From Spirogloea muscicola (lineage: Eukaryota), in contig WELB01000001.1 of the NCBI GenBank assembly GCA_009602725.1, positions 1 through 64,000 of the forward strand: a stretch of 64,000 nt of DNA. The letters run 5' to 3'. Positions 12,158-25,361 of the stretch are shown piece by piece. Below the pieces are notes generated by a model. The model saw only the letters and a program-made list of their open reading frames with translations. It ran no database searches and had not been told where the DNA came from. The first letter of the stretch is position 1. The number at the start of each line of letters is the position of its first letter. Position numbers and translations under genes: made by a program.

Positions 12158-15100
12158 GCCCCGTGGCGCCGCACTCCGGCCGCGGGCGCCGGCTGGTGAC
12201 GGCGCCCGCGACGGCGCGGGCGGGCCGGCGCCATGGATGCCACGGCGCTGACCATGCGCTCCGTCATGCAGGGCCACACTCAGGTGGGACAGCCCCCACT
12301 GCCACTGACACTGCCTGCCGCGAGCAGCTCGTCAGAGATGCGATCCGTCTGACGGCGTCAGGCGGCGCTTGTGGCCTTAAGCTGAGGCCTCTCAGCCGGT
12401 CCAGAGGCCACCCGCTGTTCGGTGGATCAGGGCACGAACCCTAACATGCCGATACTGCTGTACTCGCTGCCTTGTCGATCTTCAGAATCATTTGTAGCTC
12501 AATGCGGGTGCAGATTAAATCTGATGATAATCAGAAATCTGGCGATCTCTGCAGACGGCTGTGTTGTTGAGACCGCTGGTGAAGGCTGTGAGCGGGCCTC
12601 CCCAGCAAGTGCGCTTGAAGGTGGAGAGACTAGTCGCTCCGGACAGGACTAGGGATGCTGCCTGGCAGCTTGGGCGATATAACAGCCTCTTGCGGTTGGG
12701 GAGGTAACTTACACATACCAGATGTCAGAAGTCGGATCAGATCCATGACCGCTAGAACATCAGCGTGACAAGTGCATTCTGCCGGTCTGACGGGACGGAG
12801 TAGCACCTTTCATTAGCACCTAGTCTGCATATATTGTCACGGACGGGGGCGTGATCCTTATGCGGAGCTCTGCTTCTAACAGGCTGGAAGACTGCCTCCT
12901 GACATTAGAGAGGATGGACACTCTTGGCATCCTGCACACTGACAAGGTGAATGTCTGATTGAGATTTCTGAAGTGGCAGGGCCATACTTAGTGACATCTA
13001 CACAATTCTCCTTTCTCGTCAGCAGGCTGCAAGTAGACTGCAAGACTTTGGCAGCTGAGCTATATCTGCTCACCTTGAGAGTGACCTCAATGCAGCACTG
13101 ACTGTTCTGGGAGGTCGGCCTATCATGCAGATATACCATGGCAGGTTCTTCCAGGAGTGCAAGAAGCGGCGAGCTGTCACAGAAGCATTCAGATTTATGG
13201 AGCTCATAAGCAAGCCCACACTTAGCACTTACAACATGCTGCTTTCAGTTTGTGCAGAAGCTGAGGATGTGGATGGTGAGAATGCCGACCTCTCAGTCAG
13301 CTACTCAGTGCGCTGGCCAAAGTAGTGTCTGCAGCGTCTGCTTTGTCTTCAAACAAGCAAAGGGGAGGTTCACTTGACATGAGCACATGTGCTCAAGCAT
13401 TCCTTGTGACTTCTGAGGTGCAGGTGCTTCACGGGCTTTTGGTGCAGCCAAGAGGGCAGGCCTCAGGCCTGACAGCATCCTCTACACGACTCTCATCTCC
13501 ACCTATGCACGGAAGGGCAAGTCCGACCTGGCATTCAAGGTAGGACCTACGTACCACTTGCTACTCAGGGTGTGCATGCAGGTGAAGCTGCTTGGACATT
13601 TCAAGAATTCCAAAACCTCAAGCATAATGTGGTTCATATTCGGACATTCCTTGCTACTTTCTTGGCATGAGAAGCTGTTGTGCTTTACCTTATGGTGTCC
13701 TATATTACACATGCCTGTGTCGTCCTCGAGATTGGCTCTGCTGACAGCTGCTATCACTGTATGTGAGTCTCACAGGCTTTCCATGAGATGGAGGCCGCGA
13801 AGGTGGAGGCAAATTTGAACACATTCAGTTCTCTCATTGATGGCTGTGGTCGTGCCCGACAGATTGCTAAGGCCTTTGGTATTTTTGGCATCCTCCTCGG
13901 AAAGGTCAGGATGTTGGGAGGCGGCCCTGCTGCCGCATGTCTTAATATGAAGTCTGTGGCCTGCACTGAGATGCCAGAGAAAGGTGGCTTGAGCTCCTGC
14001 CACTCATTCTGAAGCCTGCGTACAATGAACTTGACCTCAGGGCCTGAAACCAGACAAGGCAGTCTACAATGCCCTGATCACAGCTTGTGCAAGATCAGGC
14101 GCAGTGGAGCGGGCTTTTGACACCCTCGCAGACATGAAATCTGCAGACATTACACCAGACAAGATCACCTTGGGTGCCCTCATTGACGCCTGTGCAAAGG
14201 CCGGACAGGTATCGTCTCTCAGTCCTGTAGGTAGCATATCTCATTCTGCCAGTGAGGCTGGTTGTGGAGTTGCATAAGTTCCTGGTACGGGCTATGACTA
14301 CGCAATTGGAGGCTTGACTACAAGATGGGCATTGAAGGATGAAGTCTCCAATAACTCTGTGCTTGATTTACCAGGCTAGGTGCTAGCTATGGCAGTGAAC
14401 CCTGCTTTGTCCTTTTCTGCACTGGTTATGGTCTTTGCTTCGACTTGACAAAACAATGCAATCAATCAAGCAAGCACTGTGACTGCAGATGTCAGTGTGA
14501 CAAACTGCCTGACACCAAGAGGTCATATCTTGACAGGTGGAGAGGGCCCTGGATGTATACAACATGATGAGAAAGAAACGAATGAAGGGTACACCACATG
14601 TGTACACAGCGGCAGTGCATGCCTGCAGTGTCAAGGGGACGTGGACCTCAGCTCTTCAGGTTTATGAAGACATGAAAGAGGATGCTGTCAAACCAGATGA
14701 GGTCAGTGGCACGTCATCATCTTTGCAGGCCTGCAGAAGAGGGCCACCTTCAAGCAAGCAAGGACACCTGGAGGGTTTGAATGAGGTCTTGTAGTGATGT
14801 CTCCCAGAGCTTTGCCTTATCAAGAGGTCTCCTCTTCTTCGATGCCTTTCACAGGTATTCTTCAGTGCAATGATTGATGTGGCGCGATCAGCAGGAAAAA
14901 TTGACGAAGCATTCGAAGTATTGTCTTGGATGAGGGAGTCTGGTGTAACCACTGGCTCTATCACGTACAGTGCTCTAATGGGCTTGTGCAGTAATGTCAG
15001 TTTCCACCCCTTCTGAGAGATAGGGTTGTGCAATATGTCAATCCAGCTTGAGTTCAAGAGAGGCTAAATCGGACTCCTTGAGAGCCAAGATAAGTGCAGA

Positions 15101-17732
15101 CCTGGTGAGCTCAAGATGGCCTCTGTTTTGCTGACACTTATACCTGGTCATCTGCACCAGCTTCGGCTTCCCGAGAGGGCTTTGGAGCTTTACGACATGA
15201 TGAAAGCTGCCAATTTGCAGCTGTCAACATCTACGTACAATGCTCTCTACCAAGTTCTTGGTAAGCTTCCCTACTTTGCTAGAGGCAGGTCAAGCCATGC
15301 AACTGGTCCCTGTGAGTTGGTGCATGTCACACACGTCTGTTGAAGATCTTCATCCTGCACCATTCTGCCGCTTCTATTTACAGGTAGACTGTGACTTGTG
15401 CACAGGTGAAAGTGAACGCCACGGTGTGCATCTCGCCGTAGAAGTGCGGAAAGAGATGCAAGAACGGGGCGTGAGACCCAACCAGATAACGTATAGCATC
15501 CTTATCGGAGCATGCGAGAAGTATGCTAAATCAAAGCCCTCTCCTGCTAGGGAGGTCATTGCTTTATTCATGCATCGAGAGTTGGACATGCTGTTCTGGC
15601 TGGCTTTCGGCAGGTGTTATCACACCTGGTGGTACTTATTGTTGCTATGCACCTTGTCCCTGTTGGGGTAATGAATTGTGCTGTGATGACTCATAAGCTA
15701 GTCAAGTCAGCCTTGGGTCACTGCACAAGTAATGTGAGCATCACAGTGTGCTTGATGTTTCAGGTGTGGGGATGTTTCTCTTGCTTTCCAGTTGTATTCA
15801 GCTGCTCAACAGGAAGGCGTTCTACCAAACACTTCCATGTGCGGCAGCATGATTGGTATGTTGCACACTTAACAACTCAATTGACTTATCCTATATTTGC
15901 TTGCTGTCGTGTGGGGCATGGGTTGCTTTTTGCTTACTTCGAAGACGTCATAATGCTGGGGTCATACTCGTAATGCTCAGGGCTGTGCTACCAGCAGATT
16001 AAGCGTGGAAAGCCACCTCCAACATTTGCATTTGCCCTGACCCCCTTCGCATCAGACATGAGCAAGAAGTCACCGCAACAGCAGTGGTATGCACCTTCCC
16101 CGTATCTGTCGCTCATCTATGTGCATGTGTCTGGCCCTAGCTGATGACTTCGTGGTCACTTCTCTTATCTCTGTTACAGCCATTGTGGACCATCATGGCT
16201 TGCTGATGTAGGCAGAGGCGCTGTGTGCTTGTCCTTGAGCTATCTTGCCTGTGTCATTGTCAGGGCAACTTGCGCCCTTCATGTGTACCGCCAGACTCTG
16301 GCAGGAGGTGTCACACCCACAGGCAGCCTGTTGTCAAAGATTCTTGGTTGCCTGCGGGCTCCCGATGCACCTCCACCTCAGTGCTTCTTAGACGAGACTC
16401 ACATGTACGGGGAGGAGGGCTTCAACTCCTTCTCACATGGTCAAAACAGGAACACTATGGATGATCTTTATGATCCTGTAGCCCTTGCGCTTTACGAGGT
16501 ATACTTTGACCCCCACACTTGATTAGGCTGGACTTGAATAAGAAAAGTGTCTGGCTCTTTTTAACGTGATACTTCAGAGAGATGGCCGAGCGCAGCAACT
16601 TTGACGTGGATCTTATGGTGGTATATTGCCATGGTCAATTGCCAGCACAACATTTTTCATCTATCGGCATTCACTTAGCTCACAGGGTGTTGCTTGTGGT
16701 GTTGTCACAGGAGGCCGTGCGATTGAAAGCTGTGCCGCACTACACTTTCTCACATGGCCCTGTACAAGTAGATATGGCATCACTGCCACCTCATGCAGCA
16801 GAGGTAGGTACTTCACCTGCTAGGACTAAGAAGTCAAGGGCTCCAACCAGGCCTTGATGGTATTGCTTCAGTCTTCAGCTCTGTGCTATTGATCTGCTGC
16901 CTACCGCTTTCTTGACTGAACGTCCGGATTCGAGAAATTCAGCGCTGACAATGTGAACTCGCAAACCTGTGGTAATGGGGGTTCATGTTGACTTGATCAG
17001 GTGTGCATGCTTGTCTTACTAAAGGCAATGAAATCACGACACCAGAGAGGTGAGAGCAGATGAGTATCTGACTCATATGTGCAGGGGTTTTCTGTGGGCA
17101 GGTTGCCTCTTGCAGATTCCTGAAGAGTATCATGCATGAGCTATATATGCTATTGAGATTCAGATGTTTGTGGCTGATTGGGCCTTCGCATCCTCCAGAT
17201 GAAAGACTACACCCTCTGACTATCCTTCTACGGGTAGAGGAACAGGAAGTGCTCACAAAAAGTCAAGGTGGCGTAAAGCATGTGAAGCTTGCCTCAAGGT
17301 GGGCCAAACTTTAATGCTTGCTTGGGATCAGGTTGTCAATCATGCAGAGTCAAGTCAGGTGGCTGTTGCTTCTGTAAGCCGGAAAGGTTGTGACTTTCTG
17401 CTATGTGTCAACCTGCTGACAGCAACGTAGACAGACTGCTGATCATTCTGTGCTCTTACGCGTGTGACAACAGGACTGGTCAAGCAATAGCAGCCTTATT
17501 GCGCAGGATGGGTATAGCTTACCAAGGATCTGAGAGTGTAGGCAGGCTGAAGCTGACTGCCAGTGCCCTCTCAAAGTGGACGAAGCTGAGCCCAGCCACA
17601 GTGAACGGGGTCCAAGCCCTGTACCCGGCGCATGCGCCTGGGCCCCCATTTCAGCAGCTGGCCAAGGGCATCGTCCAACAACAGCGGGCCATTCGAATGG
17701 GGCCCTCTCGACCAGCTTCACACCTGTTCTAG
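12158..17732 (+). CDS. MRL1: Chloroplast PPR protein MRL1 (rbcL mRNA maturation/stability); start in or near the N gap
   Basis: IYHGRFFQECKKRRAVTEAFRF..KPTLSTYNMLLSVCA, EANLNTFSSLIDGCGRARQIAKAFG, KPDKAVYNALITACARSGAVERAFD, KGTPHVYTAAVHACS and KPDEVFFSAMIDVA are successive PPR repeats. The MRL1 C-terminal region TGQAIAALLRRMGIAYQGSESVGRLKL ends at TAG 17730-17732. Confidence 0.95.
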
Positions 17733-18519
17733 AGTGGCCCCATTCTTCTACACGCATAGGCTCATTAAGTCAGGCCAGTCCCTCTCCTAGGTGCACATTG
17801 CGCTGCTGGAGAGGGCCCTAGTCCCACAAAGCTCTTTACAAGTAATACTCGACTGACTGAAAACCTGCTTATTTAGCAACCTGGGCCGCACCTCATTTGT
17901 CGATCAAACTTGGGGATAGCTCCCCTTTTTCGCAACGGCAACCATTGCCTTTGTGCACCACCACATTCATAGAACCTGCGCCCCCATTCATTGCACGCCC
18001 ACAGTCTATCTGCTCTTGGCCATGTTGTCACCGTTGGACTGCAGCGGTTTGTGGCCCTGGCAGTAGCTTGCATGTGTGGATGTGCAAAATCTCTGCAACG
18101 GAAACCTCGTCTACCCGTACGGTCGATCGTGCAAGCCATGCATCCTTGCAGTGAAAAAAGACTTGGTGGCCTCATTGTACCACATACGCATGTCTAACGT
18201 GAAAGAGGAAGTTGGGGTCTCCAGATTGATCTGCTGTCAGCAAATGAGAGCGTGGTTCTCACCGAAAGCACCAAGTCTTAGCTTTGCTGCTAGTATGGGA
18301 TGAAGGTGGCCTCACCATGATCTTCTGCTGGCATGTGTGAGTGCAAGCTCTGAGTAAGCTCTGCTGACCTAGAGTACCTAGAGCGTTGTTTTCTTTGGAA
18401 GGAGACAGACAGTGGCATCGGGATACCCGGGCATGTAGACAGGGAATTTCTGGGCACATAGACAGGGGACCCACTACCCAAAGACTAGTTTCTCTGACCA
18501 GTGGCTGCTAAACAGGGAA

Positions 18520-18775
18520 TATAAGCACCCAGTAGCCACTCGAGTCGCTGTGTGCTTTAGCGCTATTCTTAGCCCCTTCTGATCACGTTCATTCTTGTTC
18601 TGGGCTGGCTAATCAAAGCCACCGCCCTCTACTGAGAAAACTATCTGGCCTCACCCAGCCATCGCAGTACTTTGGAAGACTCACTCTCATTCTTTTCCTC
18701 CAAGAAAGTGGCTCTCACAAAGGCAAGGGCTGTGAACAGCCAGCCCGGAAGGCATCGACAATGTCCGAAGGGTTG
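18520..18775. mobile_element. Short 3'-UTR remnants of the dispersed retroelement family, both orientations
   Basis: agcacccagtagccac..gctgtgtgct..ttcattcttgttctgggctggct matches the reverse complement of about 58700-58795. aagaaagtggctc..cagccagcccggaag..gtccgaaggg matches 25800-25865. Confidence 0.7.
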
Positions 18776-18792
18776 TGGTGATGGCTCTGGGA

Positions 18793-19397
18793 TCCTCTGG
18801 CTCTGGCCAGGGGACCCACTTCCAGGAGCCTAGCATCTCTGATCTGCTGCTGCTTAGCAGGGGTTACTGAGTGAGTCGTAGCTTCTTCGTTTCTTTTTGT
18901 GCTTGTTATCTTAGCGCTTCCCCTGGCAGTCGACGTGCACGGAGCCTTTGGCTCGAAATGGCTTGACTTGCTCCACCGCCTGGCGCGGCGTGCAGCGGCC
19001 CGTCGCCTCGGGCAGCAGGGCGAGCAGCCCAGCTTCAAACGTCGCCGGGTCCCTCGCACAAGTCTTCCGTATGCGTTTAGCCGTCTCGATGCAGCGGTCC
19101 CTCGCCTTCGCGGTTCACTTGCGCGCAGGCCGAGCTTTGGCTGGCCGAGCCCTTGCTGCTGCCTCTGGCTCTGGCCAGGGGACATACTTCCAGGAGCATA
19201 GCCTCTCCGACCTGCGCCTGCTTAGCAGGGGTTACTGAGTGGTTAGTAGCTGCTTTGTTTTTTCTTGTGTGCTTGTCATTTCTGCTGCTTCGCCTTAGGG
19301 CTTCGCCTGGCTTCCCCCCCCCTCTTCTTGTACTCTGTTCATTCTTTTTTGGGCTGGCTGTTCCAGCCCATATTCTCAATGGGCGAGCCCTTCTTCG
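18793..19397 (+). mobile_element. 5'-truncated 3' ends (two fused copies) of a CRE-like RLE non-LTR retrotransposon
   Basis: PLAVDVHGAFGSKWLDLLHRLARRAA..[frameshift near 19038]..FRMRLAVSMQRSLAFAVHLRAG..SDLRLLSRGY* fits the RLE C-terminal pattern P(F/L)AVDxxG..LxxLA..RLSVxxQR. It is followed by a pyrimidine-rich UTR, a GGGCTGG-CTGTT-CCAGCCC hairpin and a TTCTTC end. Confidence 0.75.
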
Positions 19398-19689
19398 CTT
19401 TGGCGGCGGCCTCCGGCTTCCGTCAGGGCGACGTCTTTCCGCCAGCTAGCTACTGGCTTCTTTTTTGGGCTGTCTTTTCCAGCCCCTATCCTCGATCCCC
19501 TATCGGCGAGCACTTTCTTCCTCTGGGATGGCCATCGCGCAGCCACCCTGAGCGGTGCGTTCCAGTTTCGTCTCGACGGCGACGGCGCCGTTGGGCCGTG
19601 AGCGCCAACCGTCGGGCGCGCCCCGGCCGTTGGGCCGTTCGAAGTCGCGGCGCGGGCGGGGCGCCCCCCCCCTCTTCCCTCCTCTCTCA

Positions 19690-19975
19690 GGAGGACTTTC
19701 GCTGCTGGCCTCTCAAGCTGACCAGCGGCGCCGGGAGCAGGGTGCTGCCCTTCCCGGTGGCTCGGTGCCTTTGGGTCTGGTGTCCTGCTACCGTATGCGA
19801 CTGTCTATGTCCCTGCAGCGCTCCCAAGCGCTTGCTTTGCACCGCCGCGCTGGTCGCGCCCTTGCAGCAGCCTCTGGCTTGCGCAGCGGGGTTGCTCTTC
19901 CTCCCCTCAGCTCATCTGACTTCCTACTGCTGACACGGGGGTATTGAGGGCGCCCTGTCTGCCTAGCCTTTGGCT
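19690..19975 (+). mobile_element. 3' end of a diverged subfamily of the same retrotransposon
   Basis: YRMRLSMSLQRSQALALHRRAGRALAAASGLRSGVALPPLSSSDFLLLTRGY* is homologous at the peptide level to the 19070-19238 peptide despite heavy nucleotide divergence. Confidence 0.75.
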
Positions 19976-20866
19976 CCGTCATGAACANNNNNNNNNNNNN
20001 NNNNNNNNNNNNNNNNNNNNNNNNNNNNNNNNNNNNNNNNNNNNNNNNNNNNNNNNNNNNNNNNNNNNNNNNNNNNNNNNNNNNNNNNNNNNNNNNNNNN
20101 NNNNNNNNNNNNNNNNNNNNNNNNNNNNNNNNNNNNNNNNNNNNNNNNNNNNNNNNNNNNNNNNNNNNNNNNNNNNNNNNNNNNNNNNNNNNNNNNNNNN
20201 NNNNNNNNNNNNNNNNNNNNNNNNNNNNNNNNNNNNNNNNNNNNNNNNNNNNNNNNNNNNNNNNNNNNNNNNNNNNNNNNNNNNNNNNNNNNNNNNNNNN
20301 NNNNNNNNNNNNNNNNNNNNNNNNNNNNNNNNNNNNNNNNNNNNNNNNNNNNNNNNNNNNNNNNNNNNNNNNNNNNNNNNNNNNNNNNNNNNNNNNNNNN
20401 NNNNNNNNNNNNNNNNNNNNNNNNNNNNNNNNNNNNNNNNNNNNNNNNNNNNNNNNNNNNNNNNNNNNNNNNNNNNNNNNNNNNNNNNNNNNNNNNNNNN
20501 NNNNNNNNNNNNNNNNNNNNNNNNNNNNNNNNNNNNNNNNNNNNNNNNNNNNNNNNNNNNNNNNNNNNNNNNNNNNNNNNNNNNNNNNNNNNNNNNNNNN
20601 NNNNNNNNNNNNNNNNNNNNNNNNNNNNNNNNNNNNNNNNNNNNNNNNNNNNNNNNNNNNNNNNNNNNNNNNNNNNNNNNNNNNNNNNNNNNNNNNNNNN
20701 NNNNNNNNNNNNNNNNNNNNNNNNNNNNNNNNNNNNNNNNNNNNNNNNNNNNNNNNNNNNNNNNNNNNNNNNNNNNNNNNNNNNNNNNNNNNNNNNNNNN
20801 NNNNNNNNNNNNNNNNNNNNNNNNNNNNNNNNNNNNNNNNNNNNNNNNNNNNNNNNGGAGTGCGGC

Positions 20867-23800
20867 ATGCCGCGGCCGGCGCCGTGCGCCGTGGCCAGCA
20901 CGCTGGCGCTGCGCCGCCACCTGGAGTCGCCTGCCGCCGTCGACCACCTGAACAGCCTTTACCTCGATGACTGTTCCGGCGGGGCCGCCAAAAGCCACCG
21001 GCGGGGGCTGCGGCCTGCGGCGGCGGCCAGCGCCGCGGTCTTCGACCACATGCGGGAGCTTCTACAGGAGCCCACGCCGGCGGTCTTGGCGGCCTGGCCG
21101 GCTGCGCCGGAGCCGCCGGCATACCCGGGGCAACGCGACAGCGTCCAGGCGCTCCTCGGCGGCCCGGCGGACGGTGGGGCGGCGCTGCTGACGCCCAGGC
21201 GAGCCAGGGCCGTGCCGTCGTCGCCAGCCGCCGTGGACCACGTACAGCAGCTGCTGACGGGCGGTGGAGGAGACGGTGGCGGCGAGAGCAAGGCTTGCAG
21301 GGCGCGGCCGACTGGCGAGGGCGCCAACGTGCTGGGACTCTGGCGGTTGGACCTTGGTGCCGTCGATGGCAATGGCGACGCCGGCACCGTACCCAGAGCC
21401 ACTCGGCGGCCCCCGCCGGCGGCTGCATTGGACAGCCTGCAGAGCATCCTGCACGGCGACGATGCTGGCAACGTGCCGCCGGCTCCGCCGCCGTCGCTGC
21501 GGACGCCACGCCGGCCGGCGGAGTGCATGGCTGTCGTGGACCACGTCCACGCGCTCCTCCAGAGTGGCGGCCGCTGCGAGCCCGAGGGCGCCTCTCCTCC
21601 GCAGCTGGCGCCGCGCCAGGGCCAGGCAGCCTGTGCCGCCGCGCGCAGTGCTATGCGTGGCATCCTGGACGAGTCCTCCGCAGAGCCGACGGTTCTGACG
21701 TCGAGGCAGCGCGGCCACTGCCCCTCCCCGTCGTCCGTCGACCACGTGCAGAGCCTGCTTTGCAGCAACGGCGGCGATGCTGATGCCATAGGGTCGGCGC
21801 AGCGGCGGCTCGATGAGGCGCGGCCGGCGGCCATGGTGTCGGTCGACCACGTCCAAGCGCTGCTGCACAGCGCTCCTCCGGCAGAAGCAGTGGCTGCTGC
21901 TCAGCGGCAGCCGCCGCCGTTGTACCCATGGGCCGAGGACCACCTGACGTCGATCCTGCACGGTGAAGGTGGCAGCACTGGCAGCAGCTTCTTGCAGAGG
22001 CGGACGAGGGGCGGCCGTGCAGCCGCCGAGGAGGACAACGTCCGCGCGTACTTCCTGGAACTGGCGGAGGCAGCAACGGCAGCAGCCGACGAAGATGCAT
22101 TGAGCATGGTGGCGCCACCATCGCCGATCGACTCGGTTTGTGCGGACGGAGACGGCAATGGCGCGGCTGAGGCAATCAGCGAGCGATTGGGGGATGAGCC
22201 AGAGCTGCAGCCGTTGTCGTCGGTGTCACCAGGCCTGGCCGGGCGCGGCAGCCCACCGGCACTCGACGAGTCAGCAAGCCCGCCAGGTCCAAGCGATGGC
22301 TGCATGGGTGGCACAGCGGAGGCTTGCACGACGGCGGCACCAGTGACAGCGGCGGTGGCGGGTGACATGTCAGCGCCGCTGGCGCCGGCGGCCTTCTCAC
22401 CGGTGCGCTGGTTCCCGAGGGCCAAGCGGGAGTCCTATCTTGAGCGCAAGATCCGGCTGCTGCAGGTGACTGGCTGCCAGAGTGCCATGCTCGCCTTCAC
22501 CTGCAATCACCACAACCGACATGGTGCTGAGGAGTCTCCTCCTTGATCAAAGTAAGAAGCAAGTACATTGTACAGCGACATTATTCTACCTGACTTTGGC
22601 TACTGTACTTAGTACCTCTTGGACGTCTGCATTGCTTGGCTGTGCAGGAGCAGGATGCTGCAGCGGCAGGCCCGCTGGACGAGGCGCTGGAAAAGGGGCG
22701 ACGTCGCACGGGCCTGGTGGAGCGCGAGAAGATTGCGGCGGCTGAGGCAGCGGTGGCGGCCACTGCCGCCCGCCACGCGGCGCTGATCGAGGTGGCGTGG
22801 TGCTGCATCCTCGGCGCTGCAGGGTGACCAGCTTGATCCCTTTACAGTCCCGCAAGCGCATCTGGGGGTGACTGCCGCTGTGCTCAGCACAGGTCAAGAG
22901 GGCGGCTGCTGTTTTGTGGGGCAGCTGTGAAAGTCAGCACAGCCGAGTGCATGCCGAGGGAATCTGCAGTGCATCTACAGAGTAGATGTTACTCATTTTC
23001 TTATCTTTGACATTATATTAATCTTTGGTAATGCGTTGTTGTATAGTATATCTACACTCCACAGGACCGCAGGCTGGACAGGTGTATGTCGACTGAGGGT
23101 GCCTCTCTTGGCCAGCACTCTTGCAGGGTCGTGTTGCCAGATGCAAAGGTGCTGGCCGACCAGCGCGAGCAGGAGGCCCTGGCTGCCACTGCGCGCGCGG
23201 AGGCTCTTGGGGTGGCGCTGACGCTGCCGCCGCCGAAGCGGTCATCCTGCGGTTCGCTTCTGATCAACAGCAGCTCAACTTGGCTCTCGCAGCTGCCGGC
23301 AGCTGCCATGAGCCGCAGTATGGACCTTAAGGACGCTGCCTCCTTGTCGATGGACACCACACATACCGTTGAGAAGGTGTGAACTATCCTGAGCACCTAC
23401 ACTCACTTGACTGACGGCAGTGTTAAGCGACAGCCAGCTGACTTGTAATTGATCATGCAGCTCGAATCATTGAGTCAAGGTGACATCTCTACAACCACTC
23501 ATAATCTGCCCTTGTTCCATAGGATGTGGTGTTAGCCGTCCAGGCCGCGCTTCGCAAGGTCGTCGATGTTGCCGGCAAGGAGGTGGGCTTGGCAGGGCAG
23601 GGGCCTGTGGCAAGTGCAGCAGCTCTGGATGTTGCAGAGGTGCTGAGTGAAGACATCGTCGAAGCGGAGGCGATAGTGGCAGTGGCAGGTCGGCAGGCTG
23701 CTGAACCTGCAACAGGAGCGGCTGCATTGGAGCTCAGCAACGCCTCACTTGAGCATGGCAAGCCGTCAGTGGCAAGCCAGAATGCTGCCGAGACCGAGGC

Positions 23801-25361
23801 GGTGGCGGCTATGCCGGAGCTCTGCAACTCCTCGCTCAACGACGAACCGCCTGTTGCTGGTCAGGAGGATATCAAGCTCGCGGTGGTCAGGGCCACGACA
23901 GAGCTCAACGGAACCGCGCTTGAACAGACAGTGGCAGGCCGCCAGAACACTGCCACTCTTGCAGCAATGGCGACCGCAGCAGGGCTTGGCCAAGCCATGC
24001 ACAATGACGAGCTGCCCGTGGCGGGCCATGAGGACACCGGGATTGCACCAGAGCTATGTGAAGCCTCACTTCTCGACAAGGCGCCGGTGGCAGGCCAGGA
24101 CGAAGCCAAGTCCCTACCAGTGGCAATCGGGATGGAATCTCAGAGCGGCACTGAGCAGCCAGTATCAGGCCGGGAGAAGGCCGCCGCCAAGGGGGATGGA
24201 ATCACCCGCACTGGCCACTGCTGCCCCGGCGATGGCACTGAAGTGACTGCAGCAGAGCCGGTGGCTGTGCTGGAAGTGGTGGAAGAGGCTCATGATGTGG
24301 CAGTTGCCGAGGTTGGCAGCAAGTCCAGGAGTGAGGCTCTGCACACACCGGAGGCTGCCATAACAGAGAGGGACGGCAAGCAAAGTACGCAGGAGATGCA
24401 GGATGCGAGCGTGCAGGTGGAGGTAAACGAGCGCAGTGAAGGAGTCGAGACCGGTGCTGAGGCAGTGGTCAGCGAGCAGAGCAGCGAGACTCTCAGCCCG
24501 GAAGCCGCCAATGTGCTGCTGGGAGCTCCCGTTGCAGCCGTCGAGCAAGCAGAGGAGGACCCGCTGGTGGTCACCATGGTACAGAGGCTGCGAGGCCTGG
24601 AGGCGGGCCAGTTGGCGGCAGTGGCGGCAGTGGTCTCGACGCGGGCGGCCGTGGCGGGCCTACTGGCTGATCTGCAGGGAAGGGCGGCTGCTGCAGAAGC
24701 CCCCAAGCGCAGCGACGGCAGTGGCGCTGGCGGCGACGAGCGCTGCGGGCTCGGTGACATCCTGGTGAAGCGCGTGTCCCGCCTGGAGGCTGAGCGCGCA
24801 GCGGCGGCGGCCGCCGAGCAGCAGTGGCTGCAGGGGTCCAGGAAGGGTGCCGCTGGCTCTGGGACCAGCGGCAAAGGCCCTCCGGCAGCTGCAGGGAGCT
24901 TCGGTGACAACCTCGTGAAGCACCGGAGCCGACTGGAGCGGGAAGTGGCCGCCGCGCGGGCTGCAGCAGCGAGCAGCGATGCGGTCCTGCAGCAGTCTCG
25001 GCTGGCGATGGACAAGGATGGGCTGACAAAGCAGGCGCCTCTGGGCGGTGCCGCTGTGGGCGCTGTGGTGGCTGCTTCGGCAGCCGACGGCGCTGGCAGT
25101 CTGGGCGATGTGCTGGTAAAGCGCAAGTCGAAGCTGCAGCTGGAGGTGGAGCAGGCGAGGGCGGCGGAGCTGGTGGCGCATGAAGCGGCTGCTGTCGTAG
25201 CTGGCGCCAATGGCTCGCCAGTGATCATGACCGAGGCTGCACAGCGGGCCAGAGTCGCAGGCGGCAGCGGCTTGGGAGATGGAGTTGTGCGGCGCAAGTC
25301 TCGCCTGGAGGCAGAGATTGAGCAGGCCAAGGCCGCCGAGTGCAGGGCTCGAGATCAGTAA
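20867..25361 (+). CDS. Large low-complexity, repeat-containing uncharacterised plant-type protein (exons about 20857-22465, 22648-22823, 23127-23376, 23524-25361); 5' end may lie in the gap
   Basis: Long GC3-rich ORFs joined by GT-AG introns. The core FSPVRWFPRAKRESYLERKIRLLQ|E..LDEAL..REKIAA..AALIEVAWCCIL and the C-terminal LGDxLVKxxSRLExE repeats resemble, from memory, a conserved land-plant family of unknown function. Confidence 0.8.
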
